A DNA stretch of 64,000 nt, taken from NCBI GenBank assembly GCA_018675975.1, contig JABGXB010000003.1, positions 128,181 through 192,180 on the forward strand, given 5' to 3'. Numbering within the stretch: the first letter of the stretch is position 1; every line of letters starts with the position of its first letter. The stretch comes from Candidatus Woesearchaeota archaeon (GTDB taxonomy: Archaea; Nanobdellota; Nanobdellia; Woesearchaeales; JABGXB01). Positions 31,640 to 40,948 of this stretch are shown in pieces. The notes below the pieces were generated by a model. It was given only the letters and a program-made list of their open reading frames with translations. It was not told the origin of the DNA and made no database searches. The translations under genes were made by a program, and so were the position numbers.

Positions 31640-31750
31640 GGGTCTGTAGCTTAGTCCGGTGGAGCGCTAGTCTTATATGTCTACGTTCTGTACACAAAAT
31701 GATGCGACTAAGATCACTAGTGGTCGAGGGTTCAAATCCCTCCAGACCCA
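31640..31750 (+). tRNA. tRNA-Ile (anticodon TAT) with a 37-nt BHB intron at 37/38 (31678..31714)
   Basis: GGGTCTG/CAGACCC acceptor stem; CTAGT/ACTAG anticodon stem; CTTA/TAAG 4-bp helix flanked by 3-nt bulges TAT and ATC, closed by GTC/GAC; TTCAAAT T-loop. Confidence 0.93.
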
Positions 31751-31805
31751 CTTTATATACACAACGTTACTTAATTTTAAAGCAGTTCTTTGACTCATTT
31801 ATAAT

Positions 31806-32168
31806 GTGAAAAACCAAACATTATTTCAAAATGTAAAAAGTTTGCTTAATACAATAAGTAAATTTTTTGTAAATGACATAGGTAATAATATTTCTAAAAA
31901 AATAAATAATATGAATGAAAATTTACAAAATCAATTTAATATTTTTATGAATAGTTTAATGAGACAGTTAATGATATTTTTATTTTCAATAATTACATTT
32001 ATATTTTTATTAACATCAGGAACATTTTATTTAATTGAATATCATAATTTAAATTATACAATATCATTTTTTTACATAGGAATTATATTAATATTAATTA
32101 CATTTTTCCTACATCACAATAACTTAAAAAGACAATTAGAGGTACAAAATGGCAAAAAAAATAAGTAG
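31806..32168 (+). CDS. Two-TM membrane protein, YqjE/holin-III-like layout
   Basis: Amphipathic N-terminal helix then 2 TM; overlaps the next gene by 20 nt. Confidence 0.55.
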   Translation: MKNQTLFQNVKSLLNTISKFFVNDIGNNISKKINNMNENLQNQFNIFMNSLMRQLMIFLFSIITFIFLLTSGTFYLIEYHNLNYTISFFYIGIILILITFFLHHNNLKRQLEVQNGKKNK

Positions 32169-32424
32169 AAAAAAAGTTTCTATTAAAAAACGTGCAAGTA
32201 AAACTGTAAAGAAAGCTAAAAAAAACGTTAGCTCAGCTCAAAAACGATTAGAATCTGTTGCAAAAAGAAAATTACAAACTGCTAAAAAAAAAATAATTCA
32301 AACTGAAAAGAAAATTAAACATTTCATACATTTACATCCAGAAAAAGCTACAGCTGTTGCAGTTGGATTAGGAGCGGCAATAGGTTCAATTACTACTATG
32401 ATTTTTGGTAGAAAAAAAAGATAA
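32149..32424 (+). CDS. ElaB/YqjD (DUF883)-like tail-anchored basic protein
   Basis: Lys/Arg-rich helix, then IHLHPEKATAVAVGLGAAIG...GRKKR; GAGGT SD. Confidence 0.7.
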   Translation: MAKKISRKKVSIKKRASKTVKKAKKNVSSAQKRLESVAKRKLQTAKKKIIQTEKKIKHFIHLHPEKATAVAVGLGAAIGSITTMIFGRKKR

Positions 32425-32535
32425 TACAAACTAAATAAATGCTTTTTAAGCCAAAAAAAGTATTTAATATTTTTTTTTAATAGTGCTATTTATAATAAAG
32501 AATAATTTATAAATAATTCAAAATGACGTCAAGTT

Positions 32536-34782
32536 ATGATTATGGACATAGAATACAGCAATGATGTATTTAAACAATATATAACAAGTATTGATGGCAT
32601 TGAATTAAATGAAGAAATTAGTGATCAGCCTCCCGATTTAGAAGATTCAATTATATTTGCAAATCACATTAGTGATGATAGTATTTCTTTAGCAATTATG
32701 TCTGGGGGTTCAACACATAAAGGAATTCCAATAAGAAATATTTTAGTACCCGATTTAGATTATTATACATATACAAAAAACAGAAGTTTTGAAGATTCTG
32801 CTATTCGTAGAGATGAAGAAAAAAAAACAGAAATAGATTTAGAAATATTAAATGATAAAGAACATTTAGAATTTAAAAAATTAAAAGAAGAATTAGATAA
32901 TAATAAATTTTATTTTGAATCAAAAAGGTATCAATTAGGATTTCATTATTTTTATGTATTAGAAGATTCAACTTTTCAACCATATTTTTCATCAAAACCA
33001 GTTTTTATGGATACTATGTTTGAACATTTAGGAAGCGATAATAGACATAAAAGTAAAGACCAATTAGTAACAAACTATACAACAGATAAAAATCTAACTA
33101 AAATATTATTAAGAGAACATGGTATTCCAGTTGCAAGAGATCGTATAATTACTAGAAAAAACATTTCAAAACTTGAAAAAATCATTAAAGATTTTACATT
33201 TAAAACTCAATCAAAAAGTTTAGTATTTAAAGCAAATAATGGTTCTTGTGGAGACGAAGTTATAATTACACACCCAAATGAAACTAAAAAAATTAAACAG
33301 TTTGTAAATAAACATTTAGAATATGGTATAGTATTATTAGAAGAACGATTAATTCCAAGAAAATTTAAAGTCAATAGACAAAAATTAGATGCAAATATGC
33401 GTATTTTAGCAATATTAACTGATCACTGCGAGTATGTAGGTGGAGTTGTAAGAATGCAATCATGGGGCAATAAACCAGTTAATTTATCTGGAGCTGCCAA
33501 CCGATATAATTTAGAAGACTATGCAAAAGAAGTTAATTTTACTATTAATGAATTAGCAGAATTTACTAGAAAAGCTGGACAACCATTAGCAGATATTCGT
33601 CAAGAACATCATCCAATAATGTTAGGTTTAGATATTACCCTCACAGATAATGAATTTCATGTAATTGAAATCAATAGTTCTGGAAGTGCAGGATACCATA
33701 GTTTAGGTTTAACCACAAATCATAATCAACCAAGAGTAAAATATATGGTAAGTAAATTATGTGAAGTAGGATATCAAAATTTTACGAAAAGAAAAAAAGA
33801 AAAAATACATTTCACAAAAAGAAAAGAAAGTTATGATATAAGATTTTTAAGAGCAATTAATTGTTTTAAAAATGAAGATTATGAATTAGCTGAAAAATTC
33901 TTAAAATCATTAGCAAATTTAATACCAGAAGAGGATGAATATAAAAATTTAACTTCAGAAGAAATAAAATGTTGGATAGGAGTAGGTTTCTGTAAACAAG
34001 GAATAAAAAATGAAGCAAGAGAATATTTAAAAGATGCATTACAATATAATGAAATGGATTTTATTGGTGCATTCATAGATAGTGCTAAAGATATTTATGA
34101 AATTAATAAAGGATTTGAATTATTATTGCCAAAAGCAGAAAAAGGAACTAGATTATATAAAGTTGTACAAGAAAATTATTTAGAAACTTTATTTCGTTTA
34201 AATGAAAGGGAAAAAGCAATTTCATTAATCGAAAAATTAAAACCAGAAAAAGAATTTAGAACTACTATATTCAATAAATTAATTAAAAATTTAGAATTAG
34301 ATTATGCAAAAACATTATTAGAAGATTTACCTGATACAAGAAAAGGTGAAATCAATAAATTATTTTATTATTTAGAAACAAATCAATATAAAAAATCAAT
34401 TGATTTATTAGAAAATAATAAACATATAGAATATGGAAAAGAAGGTTTTCTTTTTTCTGCTAAATTAAAAGAGGATTTTAAAATTGAAAAAGTTTTAAAT
34501 CGGGACTATCAAAATCAAGGAAATAATGAATATTCTATATTTTTATTAGGAATGGCAAGATATTTATCTGGACAAAAAGTTCAATCATTAATATTATTTA
34601 GAAATTTAACAAAAAATTTAAGTTATCAACCATTTATATTTAAAAATATTATAGAATTCTATAAATCACAAAATGATCAGAAATTTAAAGATTTATATTT
34701 AAATTATTGTTCAAAAAATGAGTTACCTAGAACTCAAAGATTAATTAAAGAAGCCAAACAATCCAAAAACAATAATTTATAA
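32536..34782 (+). CDS. ATP-grasp ligase domain fused to TPR-like repeats
   Basis: DKNLTKILLREHGIPV, VFKANNGSCGDEV, LLEERL, GLDI...VIEINS; C-terminal TPR-like helices. Confidence 0.8.
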   Translation: MIMDIEYSNDVFKQYITSIDGIELNEEISDQPPDLEDSIIFANHISDDSISLAIMSGGSTHKGIPIRNILVPDLDYYTYTKNRSFEDSAIRRDEEKKTEIDLEILNDKEHLEFKKLKEELDNNKFYFESKRYQLGFHYFYVLEDSTFQPYFSSKPVFMDTMFEHLGSDNRHKSKDQLVTNYTTDKNLTKILLREHGIPVARDRIITRKNISKLEKIIKDFTFKTQSKSLVFKANNGSCGDEVIITHPNETKKIKQFVNKHLEYGIVLLEERLIPRKFKVNRQKLDANMRILAILTDHCEYVGGVVRMQSWGNKPVNLSGAANRYNLEDYAKEVNFTINELAEFTRKAGQPLADIRQEHHPIMLGLDITLTDNEFHVIEINSSGSAGYHSLGLTTNHNQPRVKYMVSKLCEVGYQNFTKRKKEKIHFTKRKESYDIRFLRAINCFKNEDYELAEKFLKSLANLIPEEDEYKNLTSEEIKCWIGVGFCKQGIKNEAREYLKDALQYNEMDFIGAFIDSAKDIYEINKGFELLLPKAEKGTRLYKVVQENYLETLFRLNEREKAISLIEKLKPEKEFRTTIFNKLIKNLELDYAKTLLEDLPDTRKGEINKLFYYLETNQYKKSIDLLENNKHIEYGKEGFLFSAKLKEDFKIEKVLNRDYQNQGNNEYSIFLLGMARYLSGQKVQSLILFRNLTKNLSYQPFIFKNIIEFYKSQNDQKFKDLYLNYCSKNELPRTQRLIKEAKQSKNNNL

Positions 34783-34804
34783 ATAATAAATTTGGTGGAA
34801 AATC

Positions 34805-35644
34805 ATGAGTTTAATATTAGATTTGTTTGAACCATTTGAAAAAATGATGAAGTGTGGAAGTGAGTTCCAAGAAGATGAAAATTCAGTTGATGAATTAAAT
34901 CACATTTTAAAATCAGGGGAATATTTATCCCTTGCTTATCTTGAAAAAAAATTATCACCTCATTTAAATCCACAATTAGAACAAATAAATGGTAAAAAAA
35001 TTATTTTATATAGAATTATAGATAAAAAAGAATCAGAAGATTTTTTCCCCACACCTCAAATTAAAAAAGAATTATATGAAATCACCAATAATTTAACTGA
35101 TTATATATATGATAATAATATCAATAATATAATGTTAATTGATTGTTCGGCTAGACCTCTATATATTGCAATTAGAAAATTGTGGAAAAATAAATTTCCA
35201 AAATTAAAACAACCTCAAATTTATTTTACAAATCCAGAAGCATATCAAACGTCAATGTCTTTTGAAACTCAAGATCATAATAATCATTACTTAAAAAAAT
35301 TTGAAAATACATATAAAAAACTTGCAAAAAAGAAAGAAGAAAAATTATTATTATTTGATATGTGTGCACATACAGGGGACACACTAAGGCCAATTATTAA
35401 TTTATTAAAATATAACGAATATAATGTTGTTGTAGGCATTGCACAAAAAAATCCACTTTTTGAAGAAATCGTTTTTGACTTTATTGCTTTAAATAGAGAA
35501 TGTAGATTAAAATGTAGCCCTTTCGGAATTGAACACATGGTAAGCAAAAATGGCTTTAAAATGCTCTCTAGTCCAAATCAAAATAAAGGTAATGCGATTC
35601 AATTAAGAAAACAAATTTCTAAAATTATTGATGAATTTAGTTAA
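34805..35644 (+). CDS. Phosphoribosyltransferase-fold protein (divergent)
   Basis: LIDCSARP; LLLFDMCAHTGDTL resembles the PRPP-binding loop hhhhDDhh.TG.T. Confidence 0.55.
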   Translation: MSLILDLFEPFEKMMKCGSEFQEDENSVDELNHILKSGEYLSLAYLEKKLSPHLNPQLEQINGKKIILYRIIDKKESEDFFPTPQIKKELYEITNNLTDYIYDNNINNIMLIDCSARPLYIAIRKLWKNKFPKLKQPQIYFTNPEAYQTSMSFETQDHNNHYLKKFENTYKKLAKKKEEKLLLFDMCAHTGDTLRPIINLLKYNEYNVVVGIAQKNPLFEEIVFDFIALNRECRLKCSPFGIEHMVSKNGFKMLSSPNQNKGNAIQLRKQISKIIDEFS

Positions 35645-35684
35645 TAATACAAAAGTATAAAAAAGAATAAAAAATCCACTTTTT

Positions 35685-36986
35685 ATGGAAGAAAACAAAT
35701 TTTTATCAATTCAAGAAGCAATGCAAAATGAAAGCCAAGAAGTTTCTATAAGAGGTTGGATATACCGAGAAAGAAAAAGTAAAAAATTAGCTTTTATTAT
35801 TTTAAGAGATAGTACAAATATTATTCAATGTGTTTTTGAAAAAAGTAATTTTTCTCAAGAACAATGGGATCAAATTGATAAAACTCAAATTGAAACGTGT
35901 ATGACAATAACTGGGAATATTAAAAAAGATGATAGAGCTCCGAGTGGTTATGAAATTCAAGCAAATAATTTTCAAATAATCGGTGAGTGTGATAAATTTC
36001 CAATTACAAAAGATCAAAGTCCAGAATTTTTATTAGACAATAGACATTTATGGATTAGAAGTCGTAAAATGACTGCAATTATGAAAATAAGACATACAGT
36101 AATTGGAGCTATACATGAATTTTTTAGAAATAAAGGATTTTATGAATTTACAAGTCCAATATTACAACCAAATCAATGTGAAGGTGGTTCAACTTTATTT
36201 GAAGTAAATTATTATCAAGATAAAATTCATCTTGCACAAACATGGCAACTTTATGCTGAAGCAGGAATTTTTGGATTAGAAAAAATATATAATGTTTCAC
36301 CAACATTTAGAGCAGAAAAATCAAAAACATCTAGACATTTATCTGAATTTTGGATGGCGGAAATGGAAGCTGCTTGGTTTGATTTAAATGATGTGACTCA
36401 ATGTGCTAAAGAAGAAATTGCTTTTATTGTACAAAAAGTATTAGAAAATAATAAACCAGAATTAGAAATATTACAAAGAGATGTATCAAAATTAGAAAAT
36501 ATAAAATTACCTTTTGAAACAATAACATATACGAAAGCATTAGAATTATTAAAAGAAAAAAAAGATATGAATATTGAATGGGGTAAAGATTTAAGAACAA
36601 TTGAAGAGGAGAAATTGATGGAATTATTTGACAAACCAATTGTAGTTACACATTATCCTAAAGAAATTATGGCATTCTATAAACCAAAAGATCCTAATAA
36701 TGATAAAACAGCATTATGTTTTGATATGTTAGCACCAGATGGATATGGTGAAATAGTTGGAGGGTCTCAAAGAGATACCGACATAGAAGAAATTATTAAT
36801 GCATTAAAAAAAGATGGAGAAAATCCTGAAGATTACAAATTCTATTTAGATTTAAGAAAATATGGTTCAGTACCACATTCTGGTTATGGGGTTGGTGTTG
36901 AAAGAATCATATCATGGATATGCGGATTAGATAATATTAAAGATGCAATACCATTTCCAAGAACAATGCTTAGAAAAGAACCATAA
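35685..36986 (+). CDS. asnS: Asparagine--tRNA ligase
   Basis: OB-fold IRGWI...FIILRD, RHLWIRS, CEGGSTLF, FRAEKSKTSRHLSEFW, PHSGYGVGVER. Confidence 0.93.
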   Translation: MEENKFLSIQEAMQNESQEVSIRGWIYRERKSKKLAFIILRDSTNIIQCVFEKSNFSQEQWDQIDKTQIETCMTITGNIKKDDRAPSGYEIQANNFQIIGECDKFPITKDQSPEFLLDNRHLWIRSRKMTAIMKIRHTVIGAIHEFFRNKGFYEFTSPILQPNQCEGGSTLFEVNYYQDKIHLAQTWQLYAEAGIFGLEKIYNVSPTFRAEKSKTSRHLSEFWMAEMEAAWFDLNDVTQCAKEEIAFIVQKVLENNKPELEILQRDVSKLENIKLPFETITYTKALELLKEKKDMNIEWGKDLRTIEEEKLMELFDKPIVVTHYPKEIMAFYKPKDPNNDKTALCFDMLAPDGYGEIVGGSQRDTDIEEIINALKKDGENPEDYKFYLDLRKYGSVPHSGYGVGVERIISWICGLDNIKDAIPFPRTMLRKEP

Positions 36987-36992
36987 ATAAAG

Positions 36993-37258
36993 TGTAAGCA
37001 CCCTATCTTCGAAAAAACAAAACCTGCAAGTGCCCTTACTCCTTTCTCCGTTCCGCGACCCTATAAGCATCAATATAATAGCTTATGGCTGCTTCGTTCC
37101 CGATCTGACCAAATTCACAATCATAACGATCAAATAGGACAGAACATCAACGTCCAAAGCAAAGCTTAACAGACAATGTTTCTCCTCAAATAGGTTTAAA
37201 TCCTTCCATATAGTCAGAAGTTACAAGAAGATGACTATTCTCCCCAATCGAGCCTACA
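36993..37258 (-). ncRNA. ffs: SRP RNA, about 266 nt
   Basis: Helix 8 GGUCAGAUCG-GGAA-CGAAGCAGCC; Alu domain with UGU motif and complementary loops AUAGUCA/UGACUAU; terminal helix UGUAGGC/GCUUACA; TATA TTTAAATA at 37281-37288. Confidence 0.92.
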
Positions 37259-37329
37259 AGTTGTATTGGCAAATTATAACTATTTAAATCTTTGCATAAA
37301 TTTATAAAAAATAAGCTGGTTGTGGAAAA

Positions 37330-37941
37330 ATGGATGAATTAGATAATAAAACAGCAAATCACTATAAAGAAATAATATGGCGTTTTTGTAATGGAAATAT
37401 ACAAATAATGACGGCTTTATATAAGGGAATAAATGAAACTCCACTTCCATTTCAAATAGATTATTTTAGTGCAATTAGATTTTATACAAATTCTTGGGAA
37501 TTAAGATGTCAGAAAGATGAAAATTTTTTAGAATTATTAGAAAAAAGAAAATTATCAAAAATAATTGAATTTCCATTAAGAAAAAATGTATATTTTTCAG
37601 AAGATGAGACAAAAAAAGAAATAGTTCAAACATATGAAGAAGTAAAAAATGAATTTAATAAAAATAAAAGACCATTATTAAATATGATGCCACTTGAATT
37701 TCAAATGGAAAGTAAAGAGGAATTACAATTAAAAATAAATCAATTTTTAATTAATGATAAAGAAAATGATTATAAAAAATCAAAAGAATTTTTAGAACAA
37801 TTAAAAGAACCAACTAAAATATATCTAAGTTCTGATGAAACTGAATCTCATTCTAAAGTTCTTGGAAGTAATAATAAATATGAATTATTTCAAAATATTA
37901 GTAACATAGTGATTGACCACTTAAGACAATCAATTAATTAA
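37330..37941 (+). CDS. Hypothetical protein
   Basis: 203-aa ORF with its own TATA; no recognised motif. Confidence 0.6.
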   Translation: MDELDNKTANHYKEIIWRFCNGNIQIMTALYKGINETPLPFQIDYFSAIRFYTNSWELRCQKDENFLELLEKRKLSKIIEFPLRKNVYFSEDETKKEIVQTYEEVKNEFNKNKRPLLNMMPLEFQMESKEELQLKINQFLINDKENDYKKSKEFLEQLKEPTKIYLSSDETESHSKVLGSNNKYELFQNISNIVIDHLRQSIN

Positions 37942-37981
37942 TCCTCGATATATTTATAAAAATAATAAATCAACATTAAAT

Positions 37982-40081
37982 ATGAAATATTATATTACAA
38001 CTCCAATTTATTATGTAAATGATAAGCCACATATTGGAACTGCTTATACTACAATAGCAGCAGATGTTCTTGCAAGATGGAACAGATTATTAGGTAAGAA
38101 AGTTATATTTTTAACTGGTACTGATGAACATGGACAAAAAGTTGAACAATCTGCAAAAAAAGTAAATCAAACTCCAAAAGAATATTGTGACAAAGTAGCT
38201 GAAGAATTTAAAAATACATGGAGAAAATTAAAAATAAATTATGATAGGTTCATAAGAACAACTGATAAAGATCATGAAGAAGTTTCAATTGAAATAACTA
38301 AAAAAGTATTTAATAACGATGACATTTATTTAGACAAATATGCAGGATGGTATTCAGTTCATGATGAAACTTTTTTTAAAGAAGAAGAATTAATTGAGGG
38401 TAAAGCACCATCAGGTCATGATGTTAAATGGGTTGAAGAAGAAGCTTATTTTTTTAGATTGTCAAAATATCAAAATAAATTATTAGAATTATATGAATCA
38501 AATAAAGAATTTATTTCACCAAGTTATAGACGAGAAGAATTTATTAATAGAGTTAAAGAAGGTTTACATGATTTATGTATTTCAAGAACAACTTTTGATT
38601 GGGGAATTCCATTTCCATGCGATCCCACAAATAAACATATAATATATGTTTGGTTTGATGCATTAACTAATTATCTTAGTGGAATTGATTATTTAAATAA
38701 TAAAGATAAATTTAATTTATATTGGCCAGCAGATTTACAAATAATTGGAAAAGATATAGGTTGGTTTCATGTTGTTATTTGGCCAGCTATGTTAATGTCA
38801 GCTGAAATTGAAATGCCAAAAAAGATTTATATTCACGGATTTTTAACAAAAGATGGACAAAAAATGTCTAAATCCAAAGGAAATTTTGTTAATCCATTAG
38901 ATATTTTAGATTATGGTGTTGATATCGTAAGATATTATTTATTAAAACAAATTCCATTTGGTCAAGATGGAGATTTTTCAACAAGTGATTTTTATAATAG
39001 ATTAAATGTTGATCTTGCAAATGATTTAGGTAATTTAATTAGTAGAACTACAAGTATGGTAAAAAAATATAGTGAATTTAAATTAAATCGTTATTATCAA
39101 GAACAATTTGAAAAAGATCTAAATAAATGTGATACAAAAATAAAAAAACTAACAGAAGATTTAATTGAAAGTTCAAAAATATTTGAAAAATTTAATATGG
39201 AAATACAAAAATTAAATTTTCATATAGCACTATCAATACTTTGGGAATATATTTCAAAAATAAATAAATATGTTAATGAAACTGAGCCTTGGAATCTGAA
39301 AAAAAATAATCAAGAAAAAGAAATTGAAATTGTATTACAAACTTTAGTAGAATCAATTAGAATTGTTAATAATTATATAAGTCCAATTTTAATAGAAGGA
39401 AGTGAAAAAATAAATAAAATATTTAATTTTCAAATTAATAATAAGTTTAAGTTTAATATTGAACATAATGGAATAGAAATAAATGAATCAGATCTTTTAT
39501 ATAAAAAATTTGACATGGTAGAATTTAATAAAAAGGAAAAATTAAAAAAAGAAGAATTTGAAAGTAAACAAAATCCTTTTGAAAAATTAGATTTAAGAAT
39601 TGCACATATTGAGTCAGTTCATAATCATCCGGATGCAGATAAACTATATTTATTACAATTAGATGTAGGAACACTAGGTAAAAGACAAATTTGTGCGGGA
39701 ATTAAAGAATTTTTAAAACCAGAAGAACTGGAAGGACAAAATATTATAATAGTTAGTAATTTAAAACCAAAAAAATTAAGGGGAGAATTAAGTCATGGTA
39801 TGATGCTTGTATGTGAAAAAAGTAAAAAGAATTATACTCAATTAGGTCTTTTAACTGCAAATGGTGAACCAGGTACTTTAATACAATTAGAAAATGAAAA
39901 AATTGATGCCAAAAATATTTCTAAAAACCACAAACAAGAAATTGAATATAAAGATTTTACAAAAGTAGAATTATTAGGAAAAGATGGACATGTTATAGAA
40001 AAAAATAGTAATAAAAAATTAATAACTATAACAGAAAACAAAATTACTATAATTGGATTATCAGATGGTATTATTTGTTAA
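37982..40081 (+). CDS. metG: Methionine--tRNA ligase with C-terminal tRNA-binding (Trbp111-like) domain
   Basis: YYVNDKPHIG, GTDEHG, YVWFDAL, GKDI, KMSKSKGN; C-terminal HPDADKL...NLKPKKLRGELSHGM. Confidence 0.96.
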   Translation: MKYYITTPIYYVNDKPHIGTAYTTIAADVLARWNRLLGKKVIFLTGTDEHGQKVEQSAKKVNQTPKEYCDKVAEEFKNTWRKLKINYDRFIRTTDKDHEEVSIEITKKVFNNDDIYLDKYAGWYSVHDETFFKEEELIEGKAPSGHDVKWVEEEAYFFRLSKYQNKLLELYESNKEFISPSYRREEFINRVKEGLHDLCISRTTFDWGIPFPCDPTNKHIIYVWFDALTNYLSGIDYLNNKDKFNLYWPADLQIIGKDIGWFHVVIWPAMLMSAEIEMPKKIYIHGFLTKDGQKMSKSKGNFVNPLDILDYGVDIVRYYLLKQIPFGQDGDFSTSDFYNRLNVDLANDLGNLISRTTSMVKKYSEFKLNRYYQEQFEKDLNKCDTKIKKLTEDLIESSKIFEKFNMEIQKLNFHIALSILWEYISKINKYVNETEPWNLKKNNQEKEIEIVLQTLVESIRIVNNYISPILIEGSEKINKIFNFQINNKFKFNIEHNGIEINESDLLYKKFDMVEFNKKEKLKKEEFESKQNPFEKLDLRIAHIESVHNHPDADKLYLLQLDVGTLGKRQICAGIKEFLKPEELEGQNIIIVSNLKPKKLRGELSHGMMLVCEKSKKNYTQLGLLTANGEPGTLIQLENEKIDAKNISKNHKQEIEYKDFTKVELLGKDGHVIEKNSNKKLITITENKITIIGLSDGIIC

Positions 40082-40357
40082 TTAAAAATCTATTTTAATA
40101 TCACCAAGAACTTTACACTGACATGCTAATCTTTGTTCATTATCAGCACCTAAAGTATCTAAAGTAATTTCTTCTTGTTCAGTTTTTGGATTTAAATTTT
40201 CAGTTCCTTCTTTTACTCTACATAAACAAGTCCCACAAACTCCATTTTTACATGAAAACGGTAAATCAATACCATTATTTTCACAAATATCTTGTAAATC
40301 TTCACCATCTTTACATTCAACTGTATAATTATCTGGAATAAAATGTATTTTTGCCAT
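40082..40357 (-). CDS. 2Fe-2S ferredoxin
   Basis: FSCKNGVCGTC...RLACQC; start at MAKIHF (40357). Confidence 0.92.
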   Translation of the reverse strand: MAKIHFIPDNYTVECKDGEDLQDICENNGIDLPFSCKNGVCGTCLCRVKEGTENLNPKTEQEEITLDTLGADNEQRLACQCKVLGDIKIDF

Positions 40358-40600
40358 AAAGAACCAAAATTTAGTCAATTTAAAAACTTTATTAAATAAA
40401 TCAAAAAATAATTAAAACAAACAAGTTAAAACAATTAACCAAAATAAATAAATAAACTACCATTAAATAAAATAAGCTAAATTTACAGACTTAAATAAGT
40501 TGAAAAAATTAATATTTAAAGTAAAATAGCCAATTATAAGATTTGTATGTTGAGGATTATTATAAAGACTAATTGTTTAATGACTATTGAGGTGAATAAC

Positions 40601-40792
40601 ATGGATCAAAATGGAAAAATTGGAACTTGGTTAATAATAATAATTGGTTTACTATACTTATTGAATGGATTAGGCGTACAACAAGTTAGTTTTATGGACC
40701 AGTTAAATGGATTTGGAGTATTGTTTTTAGCATGGGGACTTGGATGTTTAATGAATTGTAGTTCAGGTGGATCAGCTAGAAGAAAGAAATAG
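40601..40792 (+). CDS. 63-aa two-helix membrane microprotein
   Basis: GAGGTGA SD before MDQNGK (40601); 2 TM; CLMNC; basic tail. Confidence 0.75.
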   Translation: MDQNGKIGTWLIIIIGLLYLLNGLGVQQVSFMDQLNGFGVLFLAWGLGCLMNCSSGGSARRKK

Positions 40793-40814
40793 TTTAACTA
40801 TTTCTTCTCTTTTT
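40784..40814 (+). terminator. Hairpin plus pyrimidine/T tract terminator
   Basis: AAGAAATAGT-TTA-ACTATTTCTT perfect 10-bp stem followed by CTCTTTTT. Confidence 0.55.
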
Positions 40815-40948
40815 CTAATCAAATAGTATAAAATATTAAATTTGTATTATATCCAATAATGCAAACTACTTCTACAATATTTATTTTATATAGTTCAGAT
40901 AAATAGTTTTATAAAGTATTTTTACGAAATTTATAATAGAGGTACTAG

